Assembly (NCBI GenBank): GCA_011109175.1
Contig: RDEW01000044.1
Span: 254,878-318,877, forward strand
Source of the DNA: Dicyema japonicum
Taxonomy: Eukaryota > Animalia > Dicyemida
Direction of reading: 5' to 3'
DNA length: 64,000 nt
The notes beneath the pieces were generated by a model, which saw only the letters and a program-made list of their open reading frames with translations, was not told the origin of the DNA and searched no databases. Below, piece after piece: positions 13,386-26,859 of this stretch (its first letter is position 1; each line of letters opens with the position of its first letter). Both the position numbers and the translations under genes were made by a program.

Positions 13386-14869
13386 ATCATTGTTCACATT
13401 AATAATTCCAACTCGTGATAATATAGGTTTTCAATATTTTTTAAAGGTTTGTTAAATGGGGCAATGACCTTTATAATCATATATAAGAAGATTAATTTAA
13501 TCATTTATATCGTAATTACTGTCAGTCGCTTTTTTATTGTTTATTTTTTAAACCAATCCCACTGCTTCAGCTGATTACCACTAGAAATCCACCTGACTGA
13601 ACTTTGACAGAAGCATCTCATAGAATTAATTTGAATAACTACTCAAAGAATACAACTACGTCTAACCCATTTGAATAATCACGTAACGTTGCGTGTATGG
13701 CAGCATAAAAAAATACATTTTACAAAGTGTTGCAATGAAGTATACTTTTATAAGCTTTAGTTCTATTTTTTGAAATGTCTGTTAGAATGCATCGGGATCA
13801 CGTGATAATTAGTTTGGTTTTAGCGTGATCTTGGGTTAATAAAAAAATAAATGATAACTCTGTTAGGTCCAATGGTATGGCAGGTCACAAAGCAGCGATT
13901 TTTTTCCTTACAAATCTCGTTTCATTATGCGCCTCAGAAACGGCAAATGGATCAAGCACATAAGGTTTTTGAACGGTTCAAATTCTGTGCTATTGTTGCT
14001 AGCAAATGAATGAATAAGTAGGAATAACCGTCATTTTTCGAAAAACTAAGACTTCTGGCTAACAGACTGTGAAACCCATTGATTCCTTAAACATATTCGG
14101 GGGTTGACAAACTCCCGAGAGTAGGTCAACCATTGTCGGATGACTAAAGTTAGCCAACATTTCCTCCCCAAAAATATCCAGTTATTGTGAACAGTTTGGT
14201 GTAAAAATGAAAAATATTATGACAGAGCATCCATTTGTACTGCATCACATTCAATTGGTTTTCTAACATCATTTCAAAATATCTCTTATTCTCTCGACAT
14301 CTTCTGGCAGCCTAACATTTCAACTCATACCTAATTTTTTATTATTCGATTTACAAAATATTCATTATTTTTCTCAGATTCCCGACAAATTTTCGAAAAC
14401 GACATTTAATCTGAGAATACAATGAAAAATCATCAACAAATTATTTTATAAATAACGTAACATTAACAACTTTGGTGAAAATTAAATTATGAAATATATT
14501 GTATTGAAAACTAAAATGGCTAAACGTTAGGACATTTTATGTTCAAATTGAGAGAGTTAAATCATTTCTCGAGATGGAAGGAAACCTACACAGAAACCTG
14601 CGCTTAATATATTTAATGCAGTTATATCAAAATACGTGTATCATCTCCGCCAACGTACTTGAATGAGAATACTGACATTATTTATGCAACACAATTCGCA
14701 TTTGAGAATTTGACAAAGAAGCAACCAAAAAGTAATTTGGAAGAAAAACGTGGAGAAGAGAATTGCCAAATTCAAAGAAAATTGTGGCTTTATGAGTTGA
14801 ATGAGAAGCAGTAAAAGAGAAAACTTTTGATTTTTATGCTCGTTTCGATACATGAAATCACGACGGAGA

Positions 14870-16420
14870 AACTGAAAAGTATCTCTACCATATTTGAAGA
14901 CAAAATCAAGATCATGGAAAAAAATTGCAATTCATGAATCAAGAAAATCATTTAGACGATATAATTTTTGTTTTGAGTTGAACAAGAGTAGAATATTTCG
15001 GACGCTTAACGATGACGTCGATATTGGTGATTGTAAAGTTACAGGAGATGAGTGCGCGTTATTTTGGAAAGATGTATGGGAAAAAGATCAGAATTATTTT
15101 CACATAATATTGTTGGGAGGTGGATAACAGGAGTAATGGAGTACAAATTGTCACAACATGTCTAAAACAAAATTTACGGATTATATTGAAGGGTTCAAGC
15201 TCATCTCAGATAATTAGCAGGGAGCAAGATATCAGTGCCAAGATACAAATGAGCAGGCTTTAATAAATCAATATGTTAATGTTGATCATGGAAATAGAAT
15301 ATTCACAACATTGATTGATGTGAAGAAGGTCTTCGATTTTGTCAATCATGAATTTTTGCGTCGGGTTCTTGTAGCTCTGGAGTTCCGGAATGGAATGTGA
15401 AGTTTATCAAAAAACTAATGAGCAAATGGAATGTTATTTTGAACCTTAGAAAGATCAATCTCGGAAGAGGAATCTTGCAAGGAGAATCACTCTTTCCCAA
15501 GCTGTTTACTCTGGTAATGGACAGACTAAGCAGAATATTAATTAGAGAAGTCCCAAAGATATGTATTGATCAGAGTGATCCGACGACCTGAAAATGATTG
15601 CCAAATATGAAGGAAAAGGATTGACCACAATATCTGAGAAGAATGAATTCATGTTATTTCAATTTTTGACTGACCATGAGTGGAAATTTTCCATGTGTCT
15701 TTGAAAGGCAGGAATCTTGCGAGTCCAATAACAAAGGAAAACACATATGGCCACTATCGCAAGATTAATTTCACTCAAATACAATGTGGATGATCCATCT
15801 AAATTGAATACTGACATTATAATAGGAATATCAAAAGAAGAATTTTTTGGAGAGATCACCTGGCTATACGATGTATCAGGAGGCTTAGCGGTGCTTTTAT
15901 GCGGCGACATAACGAAGTTGTAAGATGTATATACCAACAACTATGTCGTCAATTTGGAATAAATTAACCAAGAAGATAAAGACGCATTTAGTCCAATCGA
16001 TTGTGGCAACATTAAAGTTAAAATACAAGTCGATACCAGACTACAAATGGATATACAAGTTAAAAATAACAACTCTGATATTTTATCGTACACGAAAAAT
16101 CCAAGAACGAAATAATACTAAAAGAAGTAGGGATCACATACCAAGATTTGCTAAATCGTGTTGAAGTAGAAAACACCACAAATACGACCTTCTGGCAGGA
16201 GATCTAGTACAAATTCACAATAATAATGACAATAATTCCGTTCGTTTTGAATGGGGTGAAGTAGTAACAAAGTTCTACAATTCCAACATGGAAAGACACA
16301 ACTTGAATGTCTCTATAAGGGCGTACATCCAATCAATGACGATAAAAATCACTTTAGAGAGATTGATAATTGAGCATAGACATGGGTTGAAAGTTGATAA
16401 CTATGATGATAAGGTTACAA
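14870..16420 (+). mobile_element. Degenerate R4/Dong-like non-LTR retrotransposon (RT plus RLE-proximal region)
   Basis: IDVKKVFDFVNHEFL, GILQGESLFPKLFTLVMDRLS, DDLKMIAK and MRRHNEVVRCIYQQLC, typical of R4-clade ORFs. Confidence 0.75.
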
Positions 16421-16949
16421 ATGTGACTAATCATCTTATCTCAACTCGGAGGTGACGTTGAAGAGGAACCAGGAGTGACAGATGTATTGTATGTGATTCT
16501 CTTTCTCAAATTGTATATGAGGGGAACAGTGAGTGTGATACAAACGGCCAATGCCCAAATAGAAAACTAATTCTGTTTGCATATTTGTGTTATTATCTCG
16601 CAAGCGTTGAGAGTGATGCATCAATGTCAAAAATAAAAATAATCTATTACATCAAATTTAACAATATTACAAAAGTGCTAACTAACTATTATTTTCGATG
16701 ATTTGTTGTCGTGAAATAACCACTCTCATCTTCCTATTCATTTTTTTATAATACTAAGACTGCAATTTTACCTTCTTCAAGTTAAACTGGAGCTCATAAT
16801 TTTTACTAATAAATAACAATAAATAACCTTTTTCTATAAGTGTGGAGATTTCTACAACTTCCAATTCTTCTAAATTAAAAATTTCTGGATTATCTTGAAC
16901 ATGATTCTTATTTATTTATTATTAACCCCGGATACACCGAGAAAGAAGT

Positions 16950-17620
16950 TAAAGTAAACAACTAATTAAGTGTATCCAGTTTCCACTTCTACAGAAACAG
17001 AGTCCATCCGGAATCAGCATAAAGGGTAAGACGTCCATTACATGCAGTTGTGGAAACCCCTCCAGTGAACATGATTCTGCTTTGGTTTCTGTGGCTTTCG
17101 GAATGATCTCTCTGAACTTCGCAAGAATCGAGTCCCATTCAGGATGCGGAAATCTAAAATTGGTAATTTCACACATCGAGGTGTGTAGAGTTAGGCACAG
17201 ACATTCCATTTGAACTATCAGACTTTTCAAAACAATCCAGTACATCCTTTGGATGGCCGCCCATAGTGAAATCATCCAGATACCATACTCTTAGAGGAGT
17301 GGAACAATATCTTGTGATATTGGCAATTACCAGGCTGAAATAGACAGGACCTAGTGGCTCTCCTTGTTAGACTCCAGAGGACGATGGAATGGAGTATTGG
17401 CTTTGTACCAGACTGTAAGGTTTTCCGTAAGATATTAAATTAAAATTATTACAAAGATCTATGAACAAAACTCTACACTGATGGGTAGAATGTGAAGCAA
17501 TCCTCAAGAATNAAGGTTTTCCGTAAGATATTAAATTAAAATTATTACAAAGATCTATGAACAAAACTCTACACTGATGGGTAGAATGTGAAGCAATCCT
17601 CAAGAATTGTGTCATGTCGT
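16950..17620 (-). mobile_element. CRE-like reverse transcriptase relic
   Basis: Minus strand reads FIDLCNNFNLI, SSSGV*QGEPLGPVYFSL and VWYLDDFTMGG. Contains a duplication around the single n at 17512. Confidence 0.8.
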
Positions 17621-17899
17621 ATCGAGTTAAGGCAGTTTTAATGTCAATTTTAACGATTATGAGCTGAATGTCTCATTTTTTCGTTCGAATAGCATGAACT
17701 GCCACTTCACAACCCCCGGGTGTGCCGATCCCTATTTAGGTTGGTTATCTTTGTTATCAGCATAGGCAGGATTGCTCAGCATACAAGCTTTGAGGCCAAC
17801 CGACGAATAACCAAGCGAACAGCGATAGGGCGTATCCTCCCCTCTTGTCGAATGAGATTAACTTGGCGGAGAACATTACGTGTCGAATTGTTTCTGTGT

Positions 17900-18450
17900 C
17901 GTGATTGCATCCTATTCATTTGCTTGGTGAAGACCAACAAGACCCCTTGTTATGAGAAATAAACCAGTTCTCCATTGCTGTTCAAGACAAACAGGAGAAT
18001 CCCATCTTTTACGTCTTTTTCTGAAACAAATAGATTAGGTAATTGTCCTGGGCAATGGGGAACCCGGTGGTGTCTGTAGGGACTTATCGTATGCGCAACA
18101 AGTGCTGCGAATGACTATTCAGACGGCTCAATTATACGGATCTGCAGGATCCTCACAGCAGAATAGATCCCACCTTCCGAAAGCTTTTTTTAAGGATCGC
18201 ACCTCTTAATCTCTAAGTGTGCGAAATAGTGGATGTTGGTTACTCTTGGTTTTGGCATTTGAAGATGAGTTTTTCGGAGTCTGTCAATAGGTTCCTCTAG
18301 AAGAATGTGTGGACATTCTCCTTTACTAATGACTTTAATGATTTCTCTTCTTTTCCCTCTCTTATGGGGTATGCATAGTGTGAATGGAGCGAAGAAAAAT
18401 AATCGTACCCAATCCTAAGAGTCGTCTGAAGAGACTGCCCCTCCAATACA
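17900..18450 (-). mobile_element. Possible LINE ORF2 C-terminal relic
   Basis: LNSHSQHL..R...PHCPG resembles the LINE C-terminal Cys/His region; very degenerate. Confidence 0.3.
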
Positions 18451-18799
18451 CTCACATAGGCATTCCGATATAGATATACGGGCAGCTTTGGGGATCCTGA
18501 TCAGGAGTCTTCAAGTTTGAGATCATTTTAAGTATTCCCTGATGATCCAGTGGAACATGTTCAGAAGGGTAGCGTAGAGTCGAGTATGTCGTATTATCCG
18601 GAAAGAGGCTTGAGTGACAATGCCTGTCGGAAAATACAGCCAGGGCACGTTTTGTCATTCTGTCACAGTACTTGTTGAAGCCACGCGAACAGACCGTGCA
18701 CTGGTTCATCCATTTCATTTTGTTCATTATGTTGCATTTTTTTATTAAACGTAAGGTTAACGTTATTAAATTTTGTTGTGATGAAAACGTTTGTTTCTA

Positions 18800-20400
18800 C
18801 TAATCAGTCGGACATTACCAACCTTGAATAAACCGGATAGACAAAACAATGAGAGACAGACAAAGAAATCCAGGACTGTTTGGAGTGCAAGAAAACCTCG
18901 AAAGATAAGCGAATAAAGTCTATTTGGTTAAAAAGAATTCTCCATTGACACCAAAAAATGTTATAGTCCTTTTGAAAAGAACACAATGCTTAAAAAACAA
19001 ACTACATCGATGTTTTGATCCGCATGACCGTAGGCTCACGGAGCTAGAAATTATGATGATCACGCAAAAAATGCGCCGACTAGAAAAAGTTATGAATAAT
19101 TTTTGGATAGCTCAGTGCAGCGAATTATATAGAAAAAAACCCAAACTTTTGGAAAGTCTATAATAAAGTAACCGGACGTATATCCAGAAAAGAAATTCCA
19201 CTGTTGCAATATCATGATGTGTCTCCTGTATCTTTAGAAAAAAATTCCTAACCTGTTAAGGGATGAACTCTCGAAATTACAACAGGTTAACCCTGATGAG
19301 CGACTGTCTCGTTTGGCCATCAGTTCTCTAAAAAAAAGCTGGAAAAGTAAATAGTTCTTTACCTCTACGTCACAGCCCTATAAATTCTGGAGAAGTTGAT
19401 GATGTGGTAAAATGCACTAAAGATAATGCTAGTGGAAAGTACAAGATCGCTATTCGTTTATTCAAGGAAGCACCCAAGGTACTCTATGAATATCTGTGAT
19501 GTCTCTATAGGTGGAGTATCAGGTTGGGTCATATACCTTCACATTGGAAATTGACGTAAGTCAGGATGATACGTAAATCTGGGAATCCTGAGTATTTAAC
19601 AACCAGTTATAAGCCCATAAGCCTTATACTAACGATCTCAAAAATTATGGAAAGAATTGTATCAAAAGACTTTTTGAAAATATAGATCGTAAAGAAGGCA
19701 TTTTTAATGTCAATTGAATGTCAAGATATGCTAAAAAAGCATCTGTGGGGTTTTCGAAAAAATCGGTCTTGTGGAGATTTTTGTACAGTGATAACGCGTC
19801 CATTGTGAAGGCTTTGGAAAATAAAGGATGTTTGACCGCAGTCTGCCTTGATATATTTAATGTTTTAGACAGTGTGTGGCATTTTGGTTTTCTTATTTGT
19901 CTTGCGAAATGTGGTGTTGAAAAGGAACTTTATTTTTTATACAAGGTTTGTTCTCGGATAGAGGGGGAATTGTTAATTTTTTAAAACTTTGAATTGATAA
20001 TTGGAAGCAGGAGGATGGCTAACCTAAAGAGCTTGTTACAAGACAAACCTCGGAAGAAGACTATGATATACCTTAGCCTCCTAATTGACGAGAGAAGTAA
20101 TTTTATGGAACATGCTAAAATAAGAAAGAAAAAAAAGCTACGAACTCTCTTTACTGCGTTTGAAAATTAAAGCTCCATTCGAAAACGTTTGTACATGTCT
20201 TCAACTCTGCAATACTTCCTGCAATGTTATACGGTTAAAAAAGATGGTACGATTAGAAAACGAGAGACTCTATTTTCAAGAAATTTAAAAAAAAACGCGA
20301 AATTTTGCTCTAAAGCTTGCTTACGGGATAAGTCCGCGTATACCAATTCCCCTATGGTTAAAAGGAAAAATGTGGAAGGTTGACGGAACAATCGAAAATC
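18800..20400 (+). mobile_element. Degenerate Jockey/I-like LINE (linker plus RT), same family as 4560-5816
   Basis: KNKLHRCFD...WIAQCSEL parallels ENKLKRCWD...WKRECSKL. Also HIPSHWKL, SYKPISLILTISKIMERIV, AVCLDIFNVLDSVWH and IYLSLLIDER. Confidence 0.8.
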
Positions 20401-20576
20401 TTATTCGAGGTTTCAAAAATCGCACAAATTATTGCTGACAATTTTTTAGTATAATAAAAGATATTTAATAATAAATCGTTATAAAATATCTATTATTATA
20501 GACATTAAATAATAATTAAATAAAAAAAATTATGTTGAGAATTTAAATAAAATAAATCATATTTTTTGTTGTCGAC

Positions 20577-21146
20577 GTGGTTGTTACGAAAAATACAGAC
20601 ACAAAAATGAAGACTAATGAAAAAAGGAAGGAAAACACCTATCCATGTGAAAAGTGCAACGTAACTAATATGAGAAAAAGGATGATCGCTTCTGCAGCCT
20701 GTTCAAGATGGTATCACAGGTCTTGCGTACGATTGTCCAAGAAGGCTCTTATCAATATGACAAAATGGAACTGCCAACCATGCCTTTCATCTGGTACTGC
20801 TTGCACTGAACCATTTGACCCTACTCTCGTAGCAGATCCTGATGTAGCTCTGAAACTGATCTCTCGAACGCGCTCGGACGTGCCCATTCCGGTGAAGATT
20901 CCCAAAGGTGCGAGAACTGCCGTTGCCGAGGCTCTGATCTCCACCATCAAGGATGTTTTGAAGCCTGACGACGTTTCTTCGGAGTGGGTCAAACTTTTCC
21001 TTTTCCCGTCACTCACTCTTGGGATCAGAAGACCAACGGAAGCATCCACTTCTCTCGCAACGAATATCAAAAAGAAAGTTAGACTGTTTCTAAATGAACA
21101 TAAAATGTCACTTACTGCTTTAAAATCAACTCAAATTGCACCCCGG
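20577..21146 (+). mobile_element. 5' part of a CRE-like retrotransposon ORF with an N-terminal PHD-like finger
   Basis: CEKC...SAAC.RWYHRSC...WNCQPC (C4HC3-like), then KIPKGARTAVAEAL...EWVKLFLFP as in CRE-type ORFs. Runs into the gap. Confidence 0.65.
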
Positions 21147-21816
21147 NNNNNNNNNNNNNNNNNNNNNNNNNNNNNNNNNNNNNNNNNNNNNNNNNNNNNN
21201 NNNNNNNNNNNNNNNNNNNNNNNNNNNNNNNNNNNNNNNNNNNNNNNNNNNNNNNNNNNNNNNNNNNNNNNNNNNNNNNNNNNNNNNNNNNNNNNNNNNN
21301 NNNNNNNNNNNNNNNNNNNNNNNNNNNNNNNNNNNNNNNNNNNNNNNNNNNNNNNNNNNNNNNNNNNNNNNNNNNNNNNNNNNNNNNNNNNNNNNNNNNN
21401 NNNNNNNNNNNNNNNNNNNNNNNNNNNNNNNNNNNNNNNNNNNNNNNNNNNNNNNNNNNNNNNNNNNNNNNNNNNNNNNNNNNNNNNNNNNNNNNNNNNN
21501 NNNNNNNNNNNNNNNNNNNNNNNNNNNNNNNNNNNNNNNNNNNNNNNNNNNNNNNNNNNNNNNNNNNNNNNNNNNNNNNNNNNNNNNNNNNNNNNNNNNN
21601 NNNNNNNNNNNNNNNNNNNNNNNNNNNNNNNNNNNNNNNNNNNNNNNNNNNNNNNNNNNNNNNNNNNNNNNNNNNNNNNNNNNNNNNNNNNNNNNNNNNN
21701 NNNNNNNNNNNNNNNNNNNNNNNNNNNNNNNNNNNNNNNNNNNNNNNNNNNNNNNNNNNNNNNNNNNNNNNNNNNNNNNNNNNNNNNNNNNNNNNNNNNN
21801 NNNNNNNNNNNNNNNN
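21147..21816. other. Assembly gap (N run)
   Basis: N characters. Confidence 1.
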
Positions 21817-21997
21817 ATATCCCAGATTATCTACACAAGCACTGACAATTATTTTAAATTTTCAACAACATATTTTTGTGAAACAGTTTTTCTGCATCTT
21901 ATGAAATATAATATACTAGAAAATTTGAAAAATATTGATGCTGAAATTCGAGTTATAAAAAAATAAAAAATCGTTATATAAAAAAGTTAATTTTGGC

Positions 21998-22280
21998 GTG
22001 GCGTCATGTGGCTCAATGGATACAACAATTCTGGAGGCGCTCATAATGATCCTAAAACATATCCAAAAAGAGCCATTAGCTCTCTTACATGTGGTCTGGC
22101 TACAGCTTCCCGGATTCCCGGATGGCTACAGCTTCACGGAATACTGGTCTGGCTTAGCTTCCCGGATTCGCAACCTAGTCAAGTCAAAGTACCGGATCTC
22201 CGTTATACAACTGAATGTGAACGGAATAAAAGACAAAATGGTAATGTTGTATCTGAGTGACCTTTATTTTTTTGACTGAT
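21998..22280 (+). mobile_element. LINE endonuclease N-terminal relic
   Basis: ISVIQLNVNGIKDKM matches the APE first motif. Confidence 0.45.
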
Positions 22281-23017
22281 ATGCCAGCCATCCATGGTTA
22301 TAATCCTCGTCACTCCAAGTATGTGTCTTGTAATCACATTTTTCATGGTTTCCGTCGATCTACAATGTTCAATATTTTTAAATAAACTTATCTTGAACCT
22401 CTGCTAGAAAACAGCGCTCTGTTCCGCGCTTGATTCTTCGAAGGACCCAATACCTTCCAGCCATTGACCGCGATGGTTTTTGCGGTGGAAGAATTTAGAC
22501 TCGTCGATTTCCACGACTTTTGGTTATTATTTCTTCTTGTGGAATTATGCTCTTGCTACCAGCTCGCACCATGTTATTCAAATTTAGACAGTACATCGAA
22601 CAATGAATTTCATATGCGTATACTTCATGGGAACCACAGGCTTCTTATACGAACATCCAGAAAATTTCCGCAACCCAGAAAATAGCCTTAAAACTAACCT
22701 AGAGATGATATACATGGTAAAACATTAAATCACCGACGTCCATGGAGAAACTAATCGAAAAAAAACAAAAATAGATACCAATGCCAAAAAGAAAGTGCTC
22801 GCCCGCAACGAACTTGTGTAGTCTCAAGAGATCAACATCAAGCAAAGATGAGAGCTTTTATCCAATTCGTCGGGATCATTTAGTTTAGTTTTTTTTGGTT
22901 TAGCAGTAATCTTTGAAATTTAATTTAATTATTATAGATATTAAATAATAATTAATTAAAAAAATTATGTTGAAAATTTAAATAAAATAAAATTTGACCT
23001 AATAAATTTGAGATTAC

Positions 23018-24483
23018 ATGAACAGAACTATTAATTTTATCATATTTATTCTGTTAAGCAAAATCGTCAAAATAAAATGCGGTCAGAGATATTTGTTAAT
23101 TAATTCATATGTAATTTATAAGAAACCTTCTATAGTATATATTTCGTTAACTTTAGGAACATCAGTTATTGAGGTTAAATCACGATCTACTAATAGATGA
23201 CTGGAAAACTTATGGAACGTATAGTTTTTTTCTATCTGATATAAAATTTACACTTATTCCAAAATTTTACAGTGAGTTTTATACTATTGACTTTATAACA
23301 GAAATTGATTATGGTACGATTTTTGTTATACTAAGGTGGTAAACGTTATACAAATATCACAGAGATTCCTAAAACTAGATATGGAGATTATTATCGATGT
23401 GGTTATACTCATATTAGTTTTTCGAATAATTTATCTGTCACAATTTATTCAAACAAGTTGCAATATCACGATAATGATAGTTTGTACTATTTTACTGGAA
23501 AAGGTTTTTATTAAAATTTATTTAGCTAATGACTGTAACCCAAATAACGACCCAAATACGGCGATTTGGTTTTTATTTAACAAAAAGAGAATCGGAGGAG
23601 TAATAAGTGGAAATATCAAAATATCATATATTGACAATAACAAAATTGTACACGTGAGCATTGATTCTTAGATAACAGATGAGCATTTCAGTGATTATGC
23701 ATATAATAGGATAACAAATTATTATCATGACTATAGATACATATTGACTAGTAAACATACTACTATAACTATTACGGCGTTTAAACAATCTGAGAATAAA
23801 TATCATATTCATAAATTTTCTGTTTGTGTTGGGTACAGAAGAATCAAATGTGTTTCACTTAAAAAGCGATTTAAACAAATTAAAATGGGAGGATATTGTC
23901 TATGTGGATTCATCTCACAGAGTTATAAAAGGTACAGAAGAATCAAATGTGTTTCACTTAAAAAGCGATTTAAACAAATTAAAATGGGAGGATATTGTCA
24001 ATGTGGATTCATCTCACAGAGTTATAAAAATGTGTCTATCGAAATTTCATCACTAAAATTACAATTTTTCCGTGATGATTTGATTTTTGAATTTATTGGA
24101 GATGGTAAATAAATCCAACTGAATTTTAGATGAAGGATGCTTTGAAACACAATCATCTACTAAAATTAAAGGCAAAAAAACCAATTTTACAGATGGTTAG
24201 TAAACTCGACTGAATTTTAGATATATTAAGTTTTGAAGAACTATTATCGTCTGAAAGCAAATCCGTAAAAAAACTGACGAAACATCAAATAACTAGAATC
24301 ACGTGTGGAGTTGTCGGACTAGTGTTGTCATTGGTACTATTTATAATACTTACTGGCGTCATTGCTAATATTTATATCAAAATGAAATCCCGTAAAGAAT
24401 CACTCTTCACCAAACCATNGTTTCAAACCACAAAAGAATCATTTAACAAAAATCAGATACTCATGTTTATGAGGCTTTTTTGA
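23018..24483 (+). CDS. LAMP-like type I membrane glycoprotein (signal peptide, two LAMP-like domains, TM), 6 micro-introns
   Basis: Introns 23135-23156, 23314-23335, 23504-23525, 23648-23671, 24105-24129 and 24196-24220 (22-25 nt, GT-AG) give one open frame. Domain ends GDYYRC...NNLSVTIYSNKLQ...FTGKANDC and GGYC.C...NVSIEISSLKLQFF...EFIGDDEGC resemble LAMP domain C-termini. TM is ITCGVVGLVLSLVLFIILTGVIANIYI. C-terminus is uncertain after the n at 24419. Confidence 0.65.
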
Positions 24484-24977
24484 AAGTAAGGGAATAATTC
24501 ATGATTTATGCACGTGGTAGCTAACTTGATGGTCTGGAAGCATGATTTATCATTCAAGACTATCGGCGGCGAATAAAACTCTTCACGTTATTTTGTTACC
24601 AATTCGGATATGACATTTAACTGTGATGAATCCGTGTTGTTTTAAACGGACAGCTCGTATTCATGATCTTTGTAAGACAATCACACTTCTATACTGTTGT
24701 TGACCTGGGAGATAGGGTGAAACCATTATCGAAAATACAAATCTTCTCGATGTATGAAAAATTCACTAGTAAGTTTGAATCTAAACAAGTGATTTATTTG
24801 GGTGAATCACTTGGAAAAATATTTTGTAAACTATCGTTGGAAGTAAATAGAGGAAATATATTACAGATAACTTAAAATCACGTGGGTGACGTTATTCTAT
24901 CCTCGGTTTTCGGGGATCCTCACCTTTGGGGCGCTACTAGATGTGGATACCCCAAACCGGAGTCAAACTGTATACTC

Positions 24978-25396
24978 TATGAAGTGTTTAGTAAGTTGGC
25001 TGCCCGACCTCACTGACATGTAGGAGACCGGTTAACACCAAGCGAAATGTTCGATGTAGGTCACCTCCTATTATTGTATGCTATTTATATGTAAAAGATG
25101 ACAATTTATATATAAAAAATTATTGTCTAGTGGTGTAATGATGGTTGGTTTTTCCCAGTCTGAAAAAGTCATTCCCATGGACGCGTCCACAGAATATTTA
25201 ATAAATGGAGTTCGAGAAAGTGTGGATTTGCCTGTTCATGGCCATTTTAATGCCCAAGTCAATTNTATGAAGTGTTTAGTAAGTTGGCTGCCCGACCTCA
25301 CTGACATGTAGGAGACCGGTTAACACCAAGCGAAATGTTCGATGTAGGTCACCTCCTATTGTTGTATGCTATTTATATGTAAAAGATGACAATTTT
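24978..25396. repeat. ~130 bp duplication flanking a single n (likely scaffold overlap)
   Basis: tatgaagtgtttagtaag...gatgacaattt occurs at ~24978 and again directly after the n at 25265. Confidence 0.85.
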
Positions 25397-25589
25397 AAAA
25401 ATTATCCCAAAAGGAGTAAAGTTGAATACCTCTCCACAACGCCAGTTTACCCGGCCAACTGTCATTTCCATAAAGGCTGCGTGGGATGGAATATAGGAAA
25501 AGGTCAAATACATAAGCCCAAAGTCATGTCAGAGATTGTCAAACGGTGTGAATGCACACTTATAGTTCCGTGCCACAAGACAATTTCTA

Positions 25590-25900
25590 GTGTGCCCCAG
25601 CCAAATACAAATTTGAATATATGGTTCCTAGCAAACTAAATAGACATTTTACTTCTAAGCATCCGGACTATTCCAAAAAAATCTGTGGATTATTTTATGC
25701 ATCTGAAAAAAACAAAACAAGTATCATTTAGTTTTTACTATTTATTTTAGATCGAGTCAAATTTTGTTTGTGATACTTTTGTGAGCTCAGCGGAATAATT
25801 GAAATTTCCTTGTCTGACATCTGAATTGATACCAAAAAAACTGAAACCTCATACCATTGGCGAAAACTTGATAATCCTTTTTTTTGTGTCACAGTCAGAA
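25590..25900 (+). mobile_element. hAT (Buster-like) transposase N-terminal relic
   Basis: MVPSKLNRHFTSKHPDY...DYF and KLKPHTIGENLI. Confidence 0.75.
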
Positions 25901-26859
25901 CACTTATCTGTTAAAGAAAATGAAGAATTTGTTAACTATTTAACGATCCATCCTTAAAATTAATGATGGTGTTAAATATTGGAGAATTCATATTTTCGAA
26001 ACATATATCCCAGATTATCTACACAAGCACTGNGTCGTCAAGATTTTCATTTACGACTCCGTTGTTCTGTCAGTCAGACACAATTAGAGTATTCCGGCCT
26101 ACAATATCTTGGGATCTTTAATTTCTGATTTGGCAAAATGAACTTAAGCCTTAAAACAGTCGTTCTGGCAAACAAACTAATTTTGATAGTTTTTGCAGTC
26201 AGTAAGTCCAGTTAATAAAGCAAAAATTTGACCTCCAGTTGTGTTTCTGGGATCACTTGGAACATTTTTTCTCATTTTGGCAAGTAATCCTGGGGCAATA
26301 ACAATTCTTAACTCGCAAGGATGGTACTGTCACTAATCTCCTACCTTCCAATATTTGAGACGGCACTCCTCGGATTATCAAGGTTTTCGTAGTTTTCTCA
26401 AAATATTCCTTCGTGACGATATTTTCTGGTGTTCTTGGATCTATTCTTAAAATGTTAGAATGAACATGCCTCTGTGACTATTTATTTATTTAACACCCAA
26501 AACCACGGTAAAACCAATCTTACTATTACGTGATCCCGATGAGTTCCACCAAAATCCTCATCCTTTCCCGGTGCTCCTCCCTCGTGCCCTCACAAGCTCG
26601 TACTGGGCGGCTGACTGTATTTGCAGCGCCAAAAAAACATATGTTTTTTAAAATTGTTTAAAACTTATTAAAATTTTATTGATTTTTATTTTTTAGTTCT
26701 TTAAATTTTTAAATAAAATAATAGGGTCGATCAATTATCCTTAGATCTACTGTGGTATGCTCTCTACTGTTAGCTACTGTGGAGGTTTAACTTGAATTTA
26801 TTATAGAGCTGAAAAAGTTTTTGTTTTGTTAACGAAACCGATAGTTGGCGACACATTAC

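Noticed and set aside
26004-26031. 28-mer identical to the sequence right after the gap at 21817
   Set aside because: Both copies sit at contig ends next to N; typical k-mer overlap from scaffolding.
26560-26640. GC-rich islands (also 24890-24960 and 60070-60170) as tRNA or snRNA genes
   Set aside because: No cloverleaf, A/B boxes or recognisable snRNA motif.
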